Below are positions 19,037-29,381 of a stretch of DNA of 64,000 bases, piece by piece (the stretch's first letter is position 1; every line of letters begins with the position of its first letter). Below the pieces are notes generated by a model that did not search any database, had not been told where the DNA came from, and was given only the letters and a program-made list of their open reading frames with translations. Both the position numbers and the translations under genes were made by a program. The DNA is from Vicinamibacteria bacterium (GTDB taxonomy: Bacteria > Acidobacteriota > Vicinamibacteria > Marinacidobacterales > Marinacidobacteraceae). The stretch spans positions 1,376,001-1,440,000 of the forward strand of contig CAXXLQ010000004.1 in NCBI GenBank assembly GCA_963668695.2, given 5' to 3'.

Positions 19037-20589
19037 CGGCTCCGGCCGAGGCGCGTCGCGGCCTCCTGGAGTTCGGCGTTGGCCGGCCAGTTGGAGAGCG
19101 CCGCTTCGAGTGCGCCGAGCGCCTCTTCCACGCGGCCGGCGGCCGCCAGCGACTCGGCGTAGAGCAGGTGGTGCATGGGCTCCGCGGAAGCGAGGGTCAG
19201 CAGCCGCCCGGATTCCTGGAGCGCCTGGCCCGGGTCGCCGCCGCCGATGAGGTGAGCGATCAGGGCCATCTTGGGCTCGCTGGCGCCGGGATTCGCATTG
19301 ACCGCCGCCTTGAGTTCGTTCGTCCGGTCCGAAAAGCGCTTGAGTTCGGCGAAGCGTTGAAGGTGTCCGCGTCCCTTTTCCACCTGTGCAGAGTCGCCGC
19401 TTCGCACGAGGAGGTTGCCGAGGTGCAGGTGCGGTTCCGGCAGAGTGGGAGCGGCCGTGATCGCCGCTTCCAATCTCCGGGCGGCTTCGCTCGGATCGGA
19501 CGTGGCCGCGAGAGCCTGCCCGAGCGTCGTCAGGCCTCCGGCGAGTTGTTCGGCGCTCACGCCCGCCCCGTCACCGTCCACTGCTGGCGTCAGGACGGGG
19601 ATCGCCTCGTCGCTCCGACCGGCCTCGAAGAGCAGGAGGGCTAGCCGAAAACGGGCGCGCGAATGGTCCGAATCCAGTCGGATGGCCTCCCGGTACGCCC
19701 GTTCGGCTGCCTCTTCTTTCTGGAGAACGTGAAGCACGTCGCCGTTTGTGTATTGGGCTTCGGCGTTTCCGGGAGCGGCGGTGGCCGCCCGCGCGCACGC
19801 TTCCCGGGCGTCCTCGAGTCTCTCTTCGCGGGACCGCAGGAGGCAGATTTCGAATAGGGTTTCGGCGTCCTCCGGGCGGAGCGCCAGCGCTGCCTCGAGG
19901 CGCCGCGCGGCCGGTTCGAACTGTCCGAGGTCGGAGTAGAGGGCGCCCAGATGATGCTGTGCCTCGAAGGAAGCTGGATCCGCCTGCGCCGCAGCGACCA
20001 GCGCCGCCAGTCCGTCGGCTCCCTGCCCCTGCTGCACGTAGAGGACGCCCAGAGGAGCCAGCACCTCGGGTCGCCCCGGATATTCGGCGCCGAGAGCCTC
20101 GAGGCGGGCGATCGCCTCGTCCCGCTCCCCCATCCGCCCGAGCAGGATGGCGAGATCCCGCCGGGCCTCGGGATGACCGGGCTCCCGCCGGAGCGCTTCC
20201 CGCAGCGCAGCCGCGGCTCCATCGAGGCGGCCGAGGGCGGTGAGTGCGCTCGCCTGGAGCAAGGGGCCGTTCGCGCTCTCCGGAACGCGGCGTCCGAACT
20301 CTTCAGCCAGCGCCATGGCCTCGGGGAAATCGGCGAGTCGCAGCCGGGCTACCGCAAGCATCCAGAGCGGTTCCGGATCGCCTGGGTCGGCGCTCCGGGC
20401 GCCCTCGAGATAGGGAATCGCCTCCTCAAGCCGTCCGGCTGCGATCAGTTGCCGTGCGGATTCGATGGGGTCGGTCTGGGCATCCGCCGCGCTGCTGAGG
20501 ACGGACGCAAGCAGCAGCGCGCCAGTGACGAGGCGGCGGGGAGGGCAGCCCTCAGGGGGTTGGCGAATTGCTTCCCGTCCGTCCGTCAT
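19033..20589 (-). CDS. Secreted tetratricopeptide repeat protein
   Basis: Signal peptide, many A..A...P TPR units; overlaps the CRTAC1 start. Confidence 0.85.
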   Translation of the reverse strand: MTDGREAIRQPPEGCPPRRLVTGALLLASVLSSAADAQTDPIESARQLIAAGRLEEAIPYLEGARSADPGDPEPLWMLAVARLRLADFPEAMALAEEFGRRVPESANGPLLQASALTALGRLDGAAAALREALRREPGHPEARRDLAILLGRMGERDEAIARLEALGAEYPGRPEVLAPLGVLYVQQGQGADGLAALVAAAQADPASFEAQHHLGALYSDLGQFEPAARRLEAALALRPEDAETLFEICLLRSREERLEDAREACARAATAAPGNAEAQYTNGDVLHVLQKEEAAERAYREAIRLDSDHSRARFRLALLLFEAGRSDEAIPVLTPAVDGDGAGVSAEQLAGGLTTLGQALAATSDPSEAARRLEAAITAAPTLPEPHLHLGNLLVRSGDSAQVEKGRGHLQRFAELKRFSDRTNELKAAVNANPGASEPKMALIAHLIGGGDPGQALQESGRLLTLASAEPMHHLLYAESLAAAGRVEEALGALEAALSNWPANAELQEAATRLGRSR

Positions 20590-20731
20590 GGGCTGAGGAT
20601 CGGGAGTATCGCAAGATCGGCGGCGCGCGGTGGAGTTCCACGAACGCCGTCGACCGCGTTGACCATGCCGGCCTGGTGTTTGCTCGGCCAGTTTTGCGCG
20701 GCGGTTTCGCGGGGACTACCATCATCCGGCC

Positions 20732-22936
20732 ATGTCTTCGAGCTTTTTTCGGGTTCAGCCGATCCTCTTGGCCGTCTTTGTCTCGGCATTGCTCGGCACC
20801 GGCCCGGCGGCGTCCCAGGACGAGCCGAGCGAAAAGGAACGCATCGAAGCGCTTCCCGAGCGCCACCGGATCTGGCTCACCGAAGAGGTGCCTTACCTCA
20901 TCACTGATCGAGAGAAGCGGGTCTTTCTGACCCTGACTTCCGAGCGGCAGCGCAAAGCGTTCGTGGATGCCTTCTGGCGTAAACGGGATCTCAACCCATC
21001 GACACCGGAGAACGAATTCAAGGACGAGCACTACGCCCGGTTCGACTACGTGAACAAGTGGTTCGGGCGCTCCACCTTTCGTGAGGGGTGGCAGACCGAC
21101 CGGGGCCGCTACTACATCCTGGTCGGACCGCCTCGCTCCATCCAGAACTACGAGGCCCGGGACGAGATCTACCCCACCGAACTCTGGTTCTACAACAATT
21201 CAGAGCTGAAGCGCTTCGGGCTGCCGGCCTTCTTCTACCTGCTCTTCTGGCGGCGTCACGGCATCGGTGAACTACAGCTCTACGACCCCATTTCGGACGG
21301 CCCGCAGGCGCTGCTGACCGGCTACCAGCCCGAACGGCAGGACTTCCGCGACGAGGTCGAGCGCGCGTACGAATTCCTCTACGAGTTCGACCCCGAAATC
21401 GCCAACGCGGCCATGTCGTTCCGGACCGACGAGCAGGACATCACGCGCTTCCAGGCGGTGCCCTTCGGAAGCCTGGCTCTGCTGGCGGACATCCACGAGG
21501 TGCCTTTCCGGGGCCTCGACGACAGCTACGCGGACCGCCTCGACTTCGAGCGGGGCGCCATCGAAGCCGACTACCTCTTTACCTACGTCCCGGGCCACGG
21601 CGCAGTGGCTGTGTTGCCGGGGCCGGAGGGCGCTTCGTTTCTGCACTGGGTCCTTCAGGTGGACGCCCAATACATCGCCTTCATCCGTAACGAGGACCGC
21701 GCCACCTTCGACACCTCCTTCACCGGCAGCGTCGAGGTCGTGCTCCGCGACGACCCGGAGCAGGTCGTCACCGAATTCCGGAAGGAATCCTTCGTCTCGC
21801 TGACCGAAGCACAGTCGCGCGGCACGCTCCAGCGCCCGTTCTCCTGGTCTGGCATCCTGCCCCTCATCCCGGGGGACCACACGGTCAGGATCGTGCTCCG
21901 GAACCGCGCTTGCGGTTCACGCTCCGAAGAAGACTGCGCGAAGAGCTACACGCTCGTCGAATCGGACGTCAGCGTGCCCTTCCGCGACGGGACCCCGCGC
22001 CTCAGCGACCTGGTGCTCGGGCGGCGCATCGAAGCGCAGCGGCCGTTGTACCGGCCTTTCTTGATCGCTTCCGCGGGAGTGGTTCCCAACCCCCAGGCGG
22101 TGTACGCGATCGGCGACCACTTCGTCGCCGCGGTGGCGCCGGACAGCGCCCCCGAGGGAGCCTCGGTCCGGTTCCGGATTCTGAGCCGGGAACCGCTCAC
22201 CGACGGGGAGTTGACCTACGAGAGCGAGATGCCCGCGGTGGCGGATGCGGGGAGCGGTTTCGTGGCGCTCGACTTCTCCCTTCTGGACATCGGGGCGGGT
22301 CGTTATGAACTCCAGGCCGACCTCCTCGACCGCGCCGGTGGCGCTCTCTCTGCACGACGCGCCGAGTTCTCGGTGTCGCCTCGCGGGAACTTACTCGAAG
22401 CCGGTTTCCACGGCACCATGCTCCCCTTCGGGCCGGAGAATGCCGGGTTCACGAGCCTCGCCCTCGGCGAGCAGTTGATGGCGCTCGACCGGAAGGAGGA
22501 AGCCCGGCCGGTGGTCGAAAACGCGGTGGCGATGGCGCCGCGCCTCGGACGGGCGCGGGAACTCCTCGCGCGGCTCGAAATCGAAGCGGGCAACCCGGCC
22601 AAAGTCGTGGACCTGCTGGAGCCGGTCTATGCCGAGGTTCAGGACCGGTACGACCTGATCCGCGTTCTCGGAGAGGCGTACTTCCATCTGGGACGCTACG
22701 AAGACGCCGAGGAACTGCTTGCGAGGGCCATCCTGCTCGAAAACCCGGACACCCAAGGCCTCAACCTGCTGGGGCTCGCGCGGTTCCAGGTTTCTGACTT
22801 TGAAGGAGCCCGGGAGGCGTTCCAGCGGTCGCTCACGCTTGACGCGGAGCAACCGCAGGTCGAAGAGGCGCTGACCCGGATCACGGAAGCGGAACGCGGC
22901 GCCCAGCCGCGCCCCCAGCAGGAACGGCAACACTGA
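20732..22936 (+). CDS. GWxTD domain protein with C-terminal TPRs
   Basis: W..EEVPYLIT, FWRKRD.NPSTPENE, GWQTDRGRYYILVGPP, ELWFY. Confidence 0.92.
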   Translation: MSSSFFRVQPILLAVFVSALLGTGPAASQDEPSEKERIEALPERHRIWLTEEVPYLITDREKRVFLTLTSERQRKAFVDAFWRKRDLNPSTPENEFKDEHYARFDYVNKWFGRSTFREGWQTDRGRYYILVGPPRSIQNYEARDEIYPTELWFYNNSELKRFGLPAFFYLLFWRRHGIGELQLYDPISDGPQALLTGYQPERQDFRDEVERAYEFLYEFDPEIANAAMSFRTDEQDITRFQAVPFGSLALLADIHEVPFRGLDDSYADRLDFERGAIEADYLFTYVPGHGAVAVLPGPEGASFLHWVLQVDAQYIAFIRNEDRATFDTSFTGSVEVVLRDDPEQVVTEFRKESFVSLTEAQSRGTLQRPFSWSGILPLIPGDHTVRIVLRNRACGSRSEEDCAKSYTLVESDVSVPFRDGTPRLSDLVLGRRIEAQRPLYRPFLIASAGVVPNPQAVYAIGDHFVAAVAPDSAPEGASVRFRILSREPLTDGELTYESEMPAVADAGSGFVALDFSLLDIGAGRYELQADLLDRAGGALSARRAEFSVSPRGNLLEAGFHGTMLPFGPENAGFTSLALGEQLMALDRKEEARPVVENAVAMAPRLGRARELLARLEIEAGNPAKVVDLLEPVYAEVQDRYDLIRVLGEAYFHLGRYEDAEELLARAILLENPDTQGLNLLGLARFQVSDFEGAREAFQRSLTLDAEQPQVEEALTRITEAERGAQPRPQQERQH

Positions 22937-23183
22937 GAGGCGCGGCCAGTCGCCCCGGCCCATCCCGGCGGGGCGTCGGCCGTTGATCGGCAATCGGCCC
23001 CGGCGACTCGCTGAGTTTGGTTTGATCGGTTTGGTGCTTTGGTCGGGGGGCCACGGCTACATCTGGATTCAGTGGCGGCTCGAGCGCATCTTCGCCCGGA
23101 ATGACCCCTCCGGCCTGACCACCCCGCTCATCCCGTTCCCGCCTGACTGACGTCGGGAGCGCGACGAATACGCCGATCGGGCG

Positions 23184-24806
23184 TTACTCCGAACCCAGCG
23201 CGACGATCGGGTCGAGGCGGGCTGCCCGGCGGGCCGGGCTCACCCCGGCGATCACTCCGGTGAGCAAGGCCACGAGGAACGAGATCAGGCCGGCCACCAC
23301 CGACACCTCGACCGCCAGTCCGAACGAACTCTCGACCACCACGGCGGCCGCCACGCCGATCAGGACGCCCAAAACTCCGCCGGCGGCGCCGAGCAGCACC
23401 GATTCGGTAAGGAACTGGTTGCCGATGTCCGCGGCTTGCGCCCCTACCGCCATCCGGAGTCCGATCTCGCGGATCCGCTCGCGCACCGAGAGCAACATGA
23501 CGTTCGAGATCCCGATCGCGCCCACGATCAGCGAAACGAGCGCGATGGCGAGCAACAGCGCGGACATGGTCCGACTGGATCGTTCAAGCGTCGCCGCGAG
23601 TTGCCGCAGGGTCGTGCGTTCGAGGTTCGGGATGTTGCCGGCGAGGGTTTCGGCCACCTTCGGGTGAAGGCCCTTCCCGAGCACTTCCGATGCCTGGGTG
23701 GTGACGGTGAAATCGTCGGCCTGGGTTTCGCCGATCCCGTGCCGCGTGCGGAGCAGGTCGGAGATTTCCCGGGCCACCTCGGTGACTCTCCCGGACGAGG
23801 CCGCGGTCACGGTGATGGTGTTCAGATTCGTGGCGTTGAGCAGCCGGTGGACGGTGGTGAACGGTGTGTACACCGCGTCGAACTCGTCATCGCCGAGGGA
23901 GCCGGGGTTCATCCAGTTGGAGCTCACCACCACTCCGACCACTTCGAAGGTCTGGTTCCAGATCGTGACCTCCCGGCCCACCGGGTCCTCGTCCTGGCCG
24001 AAGAGCTGATCCCGCGCCACCCTGCCGAGCACCACCACCTGTGAGGCGCGCCGGAGTTCCCCGGAACTGAAGAACCGGCCGTGTTGCATCGCGAAGGAAC
24101 GGCGGATTTGAACGAGATCCACATCGGTGCCGTGGAGACGAGTGAACCACCGCCGCTGGTCCGCGAAGACCCGGACGCTCTCGTGAATCCCGGAGGCGAC
24201 GTGGGCCACCCCGGGCAATCCCCCGATCGCGCCGGCGTCGTCGCTGGTCAGGGTCGCCGCCGCACCCACTCCCGCCGCCGAGTCTCCGAGCCGCTCGGCT
24301 GCCGTCGGATGGTCGTGCTTCTCCATGGGGTCGTTTTCCGGATGCGCGAGCGCGACCGGCTCGATCTTCCGCAGGAACCGCTCGAAAACGCCGGGAGGCA
24401 GCATTTCGGGGGACAGCCTTTCCGGGGACGACAGCCCTTCCGGGGACAACAGCCCTTCCGGGAACAAGGCCGCCCCGTGCCGGGCGGGCGCCTCGGTGCC
24501 CCCGATGGGCCTCTCCCCGCGGGTCCGGTAGTTGCCCGCGGTTATCTGGATGACGTTGAGACCCGCTGCGCGCACCTGGTCGCGGATCGCCCCCTGGGCG
24601 CCGCGCCCGAGCGCGATGGTGGCCATGAGGGCGGCCACGCCGAAAGCGAGTCCGAGCAGGGTCAGCACCGTGCGGAGCGGATAGCGCCGGAGGCTCTGGA
24701 GGGCGGTCTCCACCGCGGTGCGCCACTCCGCGGGAAGTTCGCGGAGCAGCCGCTGGATTCGCGCGCCGTTTCCGTGCGTTTGCTCAGGCATCGGGGCTTG
24801 CTCCAT
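23184..24806 (-). CDS. MacB/FtsX-type ABC permease with His-rich periplasmic insertion
   Basis: LRTVLTLLG..GVAA, SLIVGAIGISNVML.SV.ER.REIGLRMAVGA, PARRAARLDPI. Confidence 0.9.
   Translation of the reverse strand: MEQAPMPEQTHGNGARIQRLLRELPAEWRTAVETALQSLRRYPLRTVLTLLGLAFGVAALMATIALGRGAQGAIRDQVRAAGLNVIQITAGNYRTRGERPIGGTEAPARHGAALFPEGLLSPEGLSSPERLSPEMLPPGVFERFLRKIEPVALAHPENDPMEKHDHPTAAERLGDSAAGVGAAATLTSDDAGAIGGLPGVAHVASGIHESVRVFADQRRWFTRLHGTDVDLVQIRRSFAMQHGRFFSSGELRRASQVVVLGRVARDQLFGQDEDPVGREVTIWNQTFEVVGVVVSSNWMNPGSLGDDEFDAVYTPFTTVHRLLNATNLNTITVTAASSGRVTEVAREISDLLRTRHGIGETQADDFTVTTQASEVLGKGLHPKVAETLAGNIPNLERTTLRQLAATLERSSRTMSALLLAIALVSLIVGAIGISNVMLLSVRERIREIGLRMAVGAQAADIGNQFLTESVLLGAAGGVLGVLIGVAAAVVVESSFGLAVEVSVVAGLISFLVALLTGVIAGVSPARRAARLDPIVALGSE
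24405..24467 (-). repeat. In-frame 15-18-bp tandem repeat (FPEGL LSPEGL SSPERL SPE)
   Basis: cagcccttccggggac-type units repeated three to four times. Confidence 0.75.
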
Positions 24807-25509
24807 TGGTCGAGATTGCTTCGTCGGTGAGGATCCGCCCGTCCCGCAGTTCGACGCTCCGGGACGCGTATTGCGCCACCTGGCGATCGTGGGTGATCAT
24901 GATCACGGTCAGTCCACGTTCGGAATTCAGCCGGGCGAAGGTGTCGAGGATTTCGCGTCCGGTTCGGGTATCGAGGTTTCCCGTGGGTTCATCGGCGAGC
25001 AGGAGCCGGGGCCGGTTGGCCAGGGCCCGGGCGATCGCCACCCGCTGCTGCTGTCCTCCCGAGAGCTGGCTGGGAGCATGGGTCGCGCGATCCGAGAGCC
25101 CGACGGCAGCCAGCGCCTCGGAAGCTTGTTGCCGCCGCTCTTCCCGTCCGGGGCGCTTCGCTCCGTAGAGCATGGGGAGCTCCACGTTTTCGAGGGCGCT
25201 GGCCCGTGCGAGCAGATGGAAGCTCTGGAAGACGAAGCCGATCTCCTCGTTGCGAATGCGCGCCCGTTCGTCGTTCCCGAGCCGGGACACGTCGCGCCCC
25301 ATGAGCTGGTATTCCCCGGAGGTCGGTTGGTCAAGGCAACCGAGAATGTGCATCAGCGTGCTCTTCCCGGAACCCGACGGGCCGAGAACCGACAGGAATT
25401 CGCCCTTGTCGACCGAAAGAGTGAGCCCCCGGAGAGCCTCGACCCGGTGGGTCTCGCTCAGGACATAGGTCTTGACGAGATCATGGACCTCGATGGCAGC
25501 CAAAGGCAA
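24784..25509 (-). CDS. MacB/LolD-type ABC ATP-binding protein
   Basis: GPSGSGKST, GFVFQSFHL, LSGGQQQRVAIARAL, ADEPTGNLD. Confidence 0.94.
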   Translation of the reverse strand: MPLAAIEVHDLVKTYVLSETHRVEALRGLTLSVDKGEFLSVLGPSGSGKSTLMHILGCLDQPTSGEYQLMGRDVSRLGNDERARIRNEEIGFVFQSFHLLARASALENVELPMLYGAKRPGREERRQQASEALAAVGLSDRATHAPSQLSGGQQQRVAIARALANRPRLLLADEPTGNLDTRTGREILDTFARLNSERGLTVIMITHDRQVAQYASRSVELRDGRILTDEAISTNGASPDA

Positions 25510-25617
25510 TTCCTCCGGGATGTCGTTGTCTTGCTTCAGGGGTCGGTGGATCGTCCCACCGGCGGCTCCGGCGCGGACGAGCCGCGCTGGATCCCCCGGT
25601 GGGACGAACGCGGGCTG

Positions 25618-27300
25618 TCAGTCCTGGTCCATCTCCGTTGCGGCAGGGGCGTCCGGCAACAGTCCGGCGTACGCATAGAGGAAGGTCGCCACGGTCTTCT
25701 CGCCGCCGGCCATCCCGTAGACCTCGCCGGCGCCCTCGATCACCCAGAACTCGTTGGCCGCGTGGGCGCCGCCCCCGTGACCGCCGGCTCCGCCGACGAT
25801 CGGCATCGCCAGGTCGGTCCCGTCCGGCAGCGCGGCGTCGCGGCCGCTGAACAGGTAAGCCGGCCAGTAGCCGCCGAGGATGGACTCCTCTTCAAGGGGC
25901 TGGCGGTAGCGGATGCCGAAAATGTCATAGGCGCGCAGCAGGGAGTGCGCCGCCCGGTTGTCGTAGCTGGACTTCGACCACGGCACATCGCCGACAATCG
26001 TCATCTCGACATCCTCGTAGCCCTGCTCGTCCAGGTAGTCGCGGATCTTCTGAACCATCTCAAGCCCATCCATGCTCGGGACGTAGCGCATGTTGTGCTT
26101 GGACGTGATGCGGTTCGGCAGGATCGCGCCGGCTCCGCCGGGATACATGTTCCCGGCCCACACGCCGTCCATGTTGAAGGAAATCCCGTAGCGCGCGCTC
26201 TTCAGGTACGTGAGGGGGTCGTCGCTGATGAAGCGGGCCACGCCGATGTTCTCGGCGGCGACGGCCATGTCGATGTTCTCGGCGGCGGTTCGAAACATCG
26301 CCTCTTCCTCTTCGCTCAAGGGGTCGGCGCCGTCATAGAAGCCGGGAACCAGCGCCCGGTTGCCGTCATCGGAGACCAACGAGGCGAGCATCTTCACGTG
26401 CCGAAGCGCGGGAGCGTCGGTAGAGCGCTTGTTCGCGCCGTGGATGTTGGAGGCCACCGGGCCCCGCCCCCAGCTCGCTCCGCTGGTGGTGAGCTCGATG
26501 TAGACGCATCCTTCGGAGCCGCCGCCAATGCCGGCGGCGCCGGAGCGGGACTGGGAGCCGAAGCGGTACATCGCCTCCGCGTCGCGGAAGAGTTCCGGGT
26601 TCTCCCGGACGAACTGCCGGAGGCCGATGGACATCCGCTCCTCGTCGCCTTCGGCGACGAAGATCAGGTTCACCGGCATGGAGCCGGTCTCCTCGTAGAT
26701 GGAGTGGAAGGCGTTCCACTGGGTCATCTGGGGACCCTTGGAGTTGGTCGCGCCCCGGCCGATCATCACCTTCTTGAAGGGGCCGAACTCGGTGAACTCG
26801 CCGTCGAACGGCGGGAGCACCCACGCCTCGGGCTGGGTGATCGGCATCGTGTCGTACATCCAATAGATGAGGATCGTGTGCTCCTTGCCGTAGTCACAGT
26901 TCGCATACACGACCGGGTTGCCGGGCTGGCCCCATTCGGTCATCGGGATTTCGTACACCTGGCTCTGTTGGCAGCCGAGCTGATCGAAGAAGCCCTTGAC
27001 CATCTGGGCGGATTCGGGGATCCCTTCCCCGGAGTTCGAGATGCTCGGCTGTTGGATCCAACGGCGGAGGTTCATCGTGTGCCGATCGACGTTGTCGTCG
27101 ATGTGCTGGAACACCCGCTGGAGTTCCTCGGGAATCTGGGCCATGTCCGGAGCGATTTCGGTATCGCCGGCAGCGCGGATACCGAGCGCCTCGGTTGCCG
27201 GGGCCGTCTGGTCCTCCATCTCGGGGGCACCGCAAGCCAGCAAGCCGAGTCCGGAAATGAGCAGCAGGAACAGGCCGCATCGGATTGCGTTTCGCGTCAT
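25618..27300 (-). CDS. M20/M25/M40 family metallo-hydrolase lipoprotein, copy 1
   Basis: Lipobox LLAC; QPSIS, YWMYDTMP, GRGATNSKG, EGDEE, AHAANE. Confidence 0.85.
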   Translation of the reverse strand: MTRNAIRCGLFLLLISGLGLLACGAPEMEDQTAPATEALGIRAAGDTEIAPDMAQIPEELQRVFQHIDDNVDRHTMNLRRWIQQPSISNSGEGIPESAQMVKGFFDQLGCQQSQVYEIPMTEWGQPGNPVVYANCDYGKEHTILIYWMYDTMPITQPEAWVLPPFDGEFTEFGPFKKVMIGRGATNSKGPQMTQWNAFHSIYEETGSMPVNLIFVAEGDEERMSIGLRQFVRENPELFRDAEAMYRFGSQSRSGAAGIGGGSEGCVYIELTTSGASWGRGPVASNIHGANKRSTDAPALRHVKMLASLVSDDGNRALVPGFYDGADPLSEEEEAMFRTAAENIDMAVAAENIGVARFISDDPLTYLKSARYGISFNMDGVWAGNMYPGGAGAILPNRITSKHNMRYVPSMDGLEMVQKIRDYLDEQGYEDVEMTIVGDVPWSKSSYDNRAAHSLLRAYDIFGIRYRQPLEEESILGGYWPAYLFSGRDAALPDGTDLAMPIVGGAGGHGGGAHAANEFWVIEGAGEVYGMAGGEKTVATFLYAYAGLLPDAPAATEMDQD

Positions 27301-27369
27301 CAGGATCTCCTTCTTGAATCGAACGGGGTGCTGGCCGCACCGACGTTTTCGGGGAACGGCCAACTCCAG

Positions 27370-27399
27370 AAGATATGCCCCGGCCCTCCGGCCTGTCAA
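27370..27399 (-). promoter_or_regulatory. Putative sigma70 promoter of M20 copy 1
   Basis: TTGACA-N18-TATCTT; both hexamers are conserved in the paralogous copy while the spacer differs. Confidence 0.6.
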
Positions 27400-27514
27400 A
27401 GGGCGAGGAGTGCCGCTCTGCAGGGCGGGATCGTTGGCCGCGGCCCAGCGCAACTCCCAGACCCTGCCTGCGGCGCCAACGAAGAGCAACAACGGCGGGG
27501 ACCCGACCCTGATG

Positions 27515-27630
27515 CTCTCGTCCTACACCTCCAACGTTCCCCGCATACGCTTCCCGACACCGCCCTTCCCGCATCTGCTCCCGCCTTCCGCCGCTGGTTT
27601 CGGCGGCCCTCATCTCCTGGGCGACCTGTA
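27515..27630 (+). pseudogene. Degenerate duplicate of the 5' region of the DUF885-like gene
   Basis: Similar over 116 nt to 29835-29950 (ctctcgtcct...ccccgcatacgcttccc...cctgta). Confidence 0.7.
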
Positions 27631-27698
27631 CTCTGACAGCGCCGCCCGCGGCGCGGACTCAACCGCGCCGGATCCGTGGGACGGACGAAACGCTCTCT

Positions 27699-29381
27699 TT
27701 ATTCCTCGTCCATGCCGGTGTCGGCCGGGGCATCCGGGAGCAGTCCGGCGTAGGCGTAGAGGAAGGTCGCCACCGTCTTCTCGCCGCCGGCCATCCCATA
27801 GACGTCGCCGGCGCCCTCGATCACCCAGAACTCGTTGGCCGCGTGGGAGCCGCCTCCGTGACCGCCTGCCCCGCCGACGATCGGCATCGCGAGGTCGGTT
27901 CCGTCCGTGAAGTCTCCGTCCCGGCCGCTGAAGAGATAGGCGGGCCAGTAGCCGCCGAGGATGGTTTCCCCTTCGATGGGGTCCCGGTAGGGGATCCCGA
28001 AAATGTCATAGGTGCGCAGCAGGGAGTGCGCCGCCCGGTTGTCGTAGCTGGACTTCGACCACGGGACGTCCCCGATGATCGTCATCTCGACGTCTTCATA
28101 GCCCTGCTCATCCAGGTAGTCCCGGATCTTCTGGACCATGTCCAACCCGTCCATGCTGGGGACGTAGCGCATGTTGTGCTTGGAGGTAATCCGGTTCGGC
28201 AGAATGGCGCCGGCGCCGCCCGGATACATGTTGCCGGCCCAGACGCCGTCCATGTTGAAGGAAATCCCGTAGCGGGCGCTCTTCAGATACGTCAGGGGAT
28301 CGTCGCTGATGAAGCGGGCCACGCCGATGTTCTCGGCGGCGACGGCCAAGTCGATGTTCTCGGCGGCGGTTCGAAACATCGCCTCTTCCTCCTCGCTCAA
28401 GGCGTCGGCGCCGTCGTAGAAGCCGGGAACCAGCGCCCGGTTGCCGTCATCGGAGACCAACGAAGCGAGCATCTTCACGTGCCGAAGCGCCGGGGCGTCG
28501 ACGGAACGCTTTCTGGACCCGTGGATGTTGGAGGCCACCGGGCCCCGTCCCCAGCTCGCTCCGCTGGTGGTGAGTTCAATGTAGACGCAGCCTTCCGACC
28601 CGCCCCCAATGCCCGCGGCGCCGGAGCGTGACTGCCGCCCGAAGCGGTACATCGCCTCGGCCTCACGGAATAGATCCGGGTTTTCCCGGACGAACTGGCG
28701 AAGGCCGATGGACATCCGCTCCTCGTCGCCCTCGGCGATGAAGATCAGGTTCACCGGCATGGAGCCGGTCTCCTCGTAGATGGAGTGGAAGGCGTTCCAC
28801 TGGGTCATCTGAGGGCCCTTCGAGTTGGTCGCGCCGCGACCGATCATCACCTTCTTGAAGGGGCCGAATTCGCTGAACTCGCCGTCGAACGGCGGAAGCA
28901 CCCAGGCCTCGGGCTGGGTGATGGGCATGGTGTCGTACATCCAGTAGATGAGCAGGGTGCGTTCCGCGCCGTAGTTGCAGTTCGCGTACACCACCGGGTT
29001 ACCGGGCTGGCCCCATTCGGTCATCGGGATTTCGTAGACCTGGGACTGCTGGCAACCGAGCTGATCGAAAAAGCCCTTCACCATCTGGGCTGACTCGGGG
29101 ATGCCCTCCCCGGAGTTCGAGATGCTCGGCTGCTGGATCCAGCGGCGGAGGTTCGTGGTGTGCCGGTCCACGTTGTCGTCGATGTGCTGGAAGACCTGCT
29201 GGAGTTCCTCGGGTATCTGGGCCATGTCCGGAGCGATTTCGGTATCGCCGGCAGCGCGGATACCGAGCGCCTCGGTTGCCGGGGCCGTCTGGTCCTCCAT
29301 CTCGGGGGCACCGCAAGCCAGCAAGCCGAGTCCGGAAATGAGCAGCAGGAACAGGCCGCATCGGATTGCGTTTCGCGTCAT
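27699..29381 (-). CDS. M20/M25/M40 family metallo-hydrolase lipoprotein, copy 2
   Basis: Near-identical paralogue of 25618..27300 with the same motifs. Confidence 0.85.
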   Translation of the reverse strand: MTRNAIRCGLFLLLISGLGLLACGAPEMEDQTAPATEALGIRAAGDTEIAPDMAQIPEELQQVFQHIDDNVDRHTTNLRRWIQQPSISNSGEGIPESAQMVKGFFDQLGCQQSQVYEIPMTEWGQPGNPVVYANCNYGAERTLLIYWMYDTMPITQPEAWVLPPFDGEFSEFGPFKKVMIGRGATNSKGPQMTQWNAFHSIYEETGSMPVNLIFIAEGDEERMSIGLRQFVRENPDLFREAEAMYRFGRQSRSGAAGIGGGSEGCVYIELTTSGASWGRGPVASNIHGSRKRSVDAPALRHVKMLASLVSDDGNRALVPGFYDGADALSEEEEAMFRTAAENIDLAVAAENIGVARFISDDPLTYLKSARYGISFNMDGVWAGNMYPGGAGAILPNRITSKHNMRYVPSMDGLDMVQKIRDYLDEQGYEDVEMTIIGDVPWSKSSYDNRAAHSLLRTYDIFGIPYRDPIEGETILGGYWPAYLFSGRDGDFTDGTDLAMPIVGGAGGHGGGSHAANEFWVIEGAGDVYGMAGGEKTVATFLYAYAGLLPDAPADTGMDEE

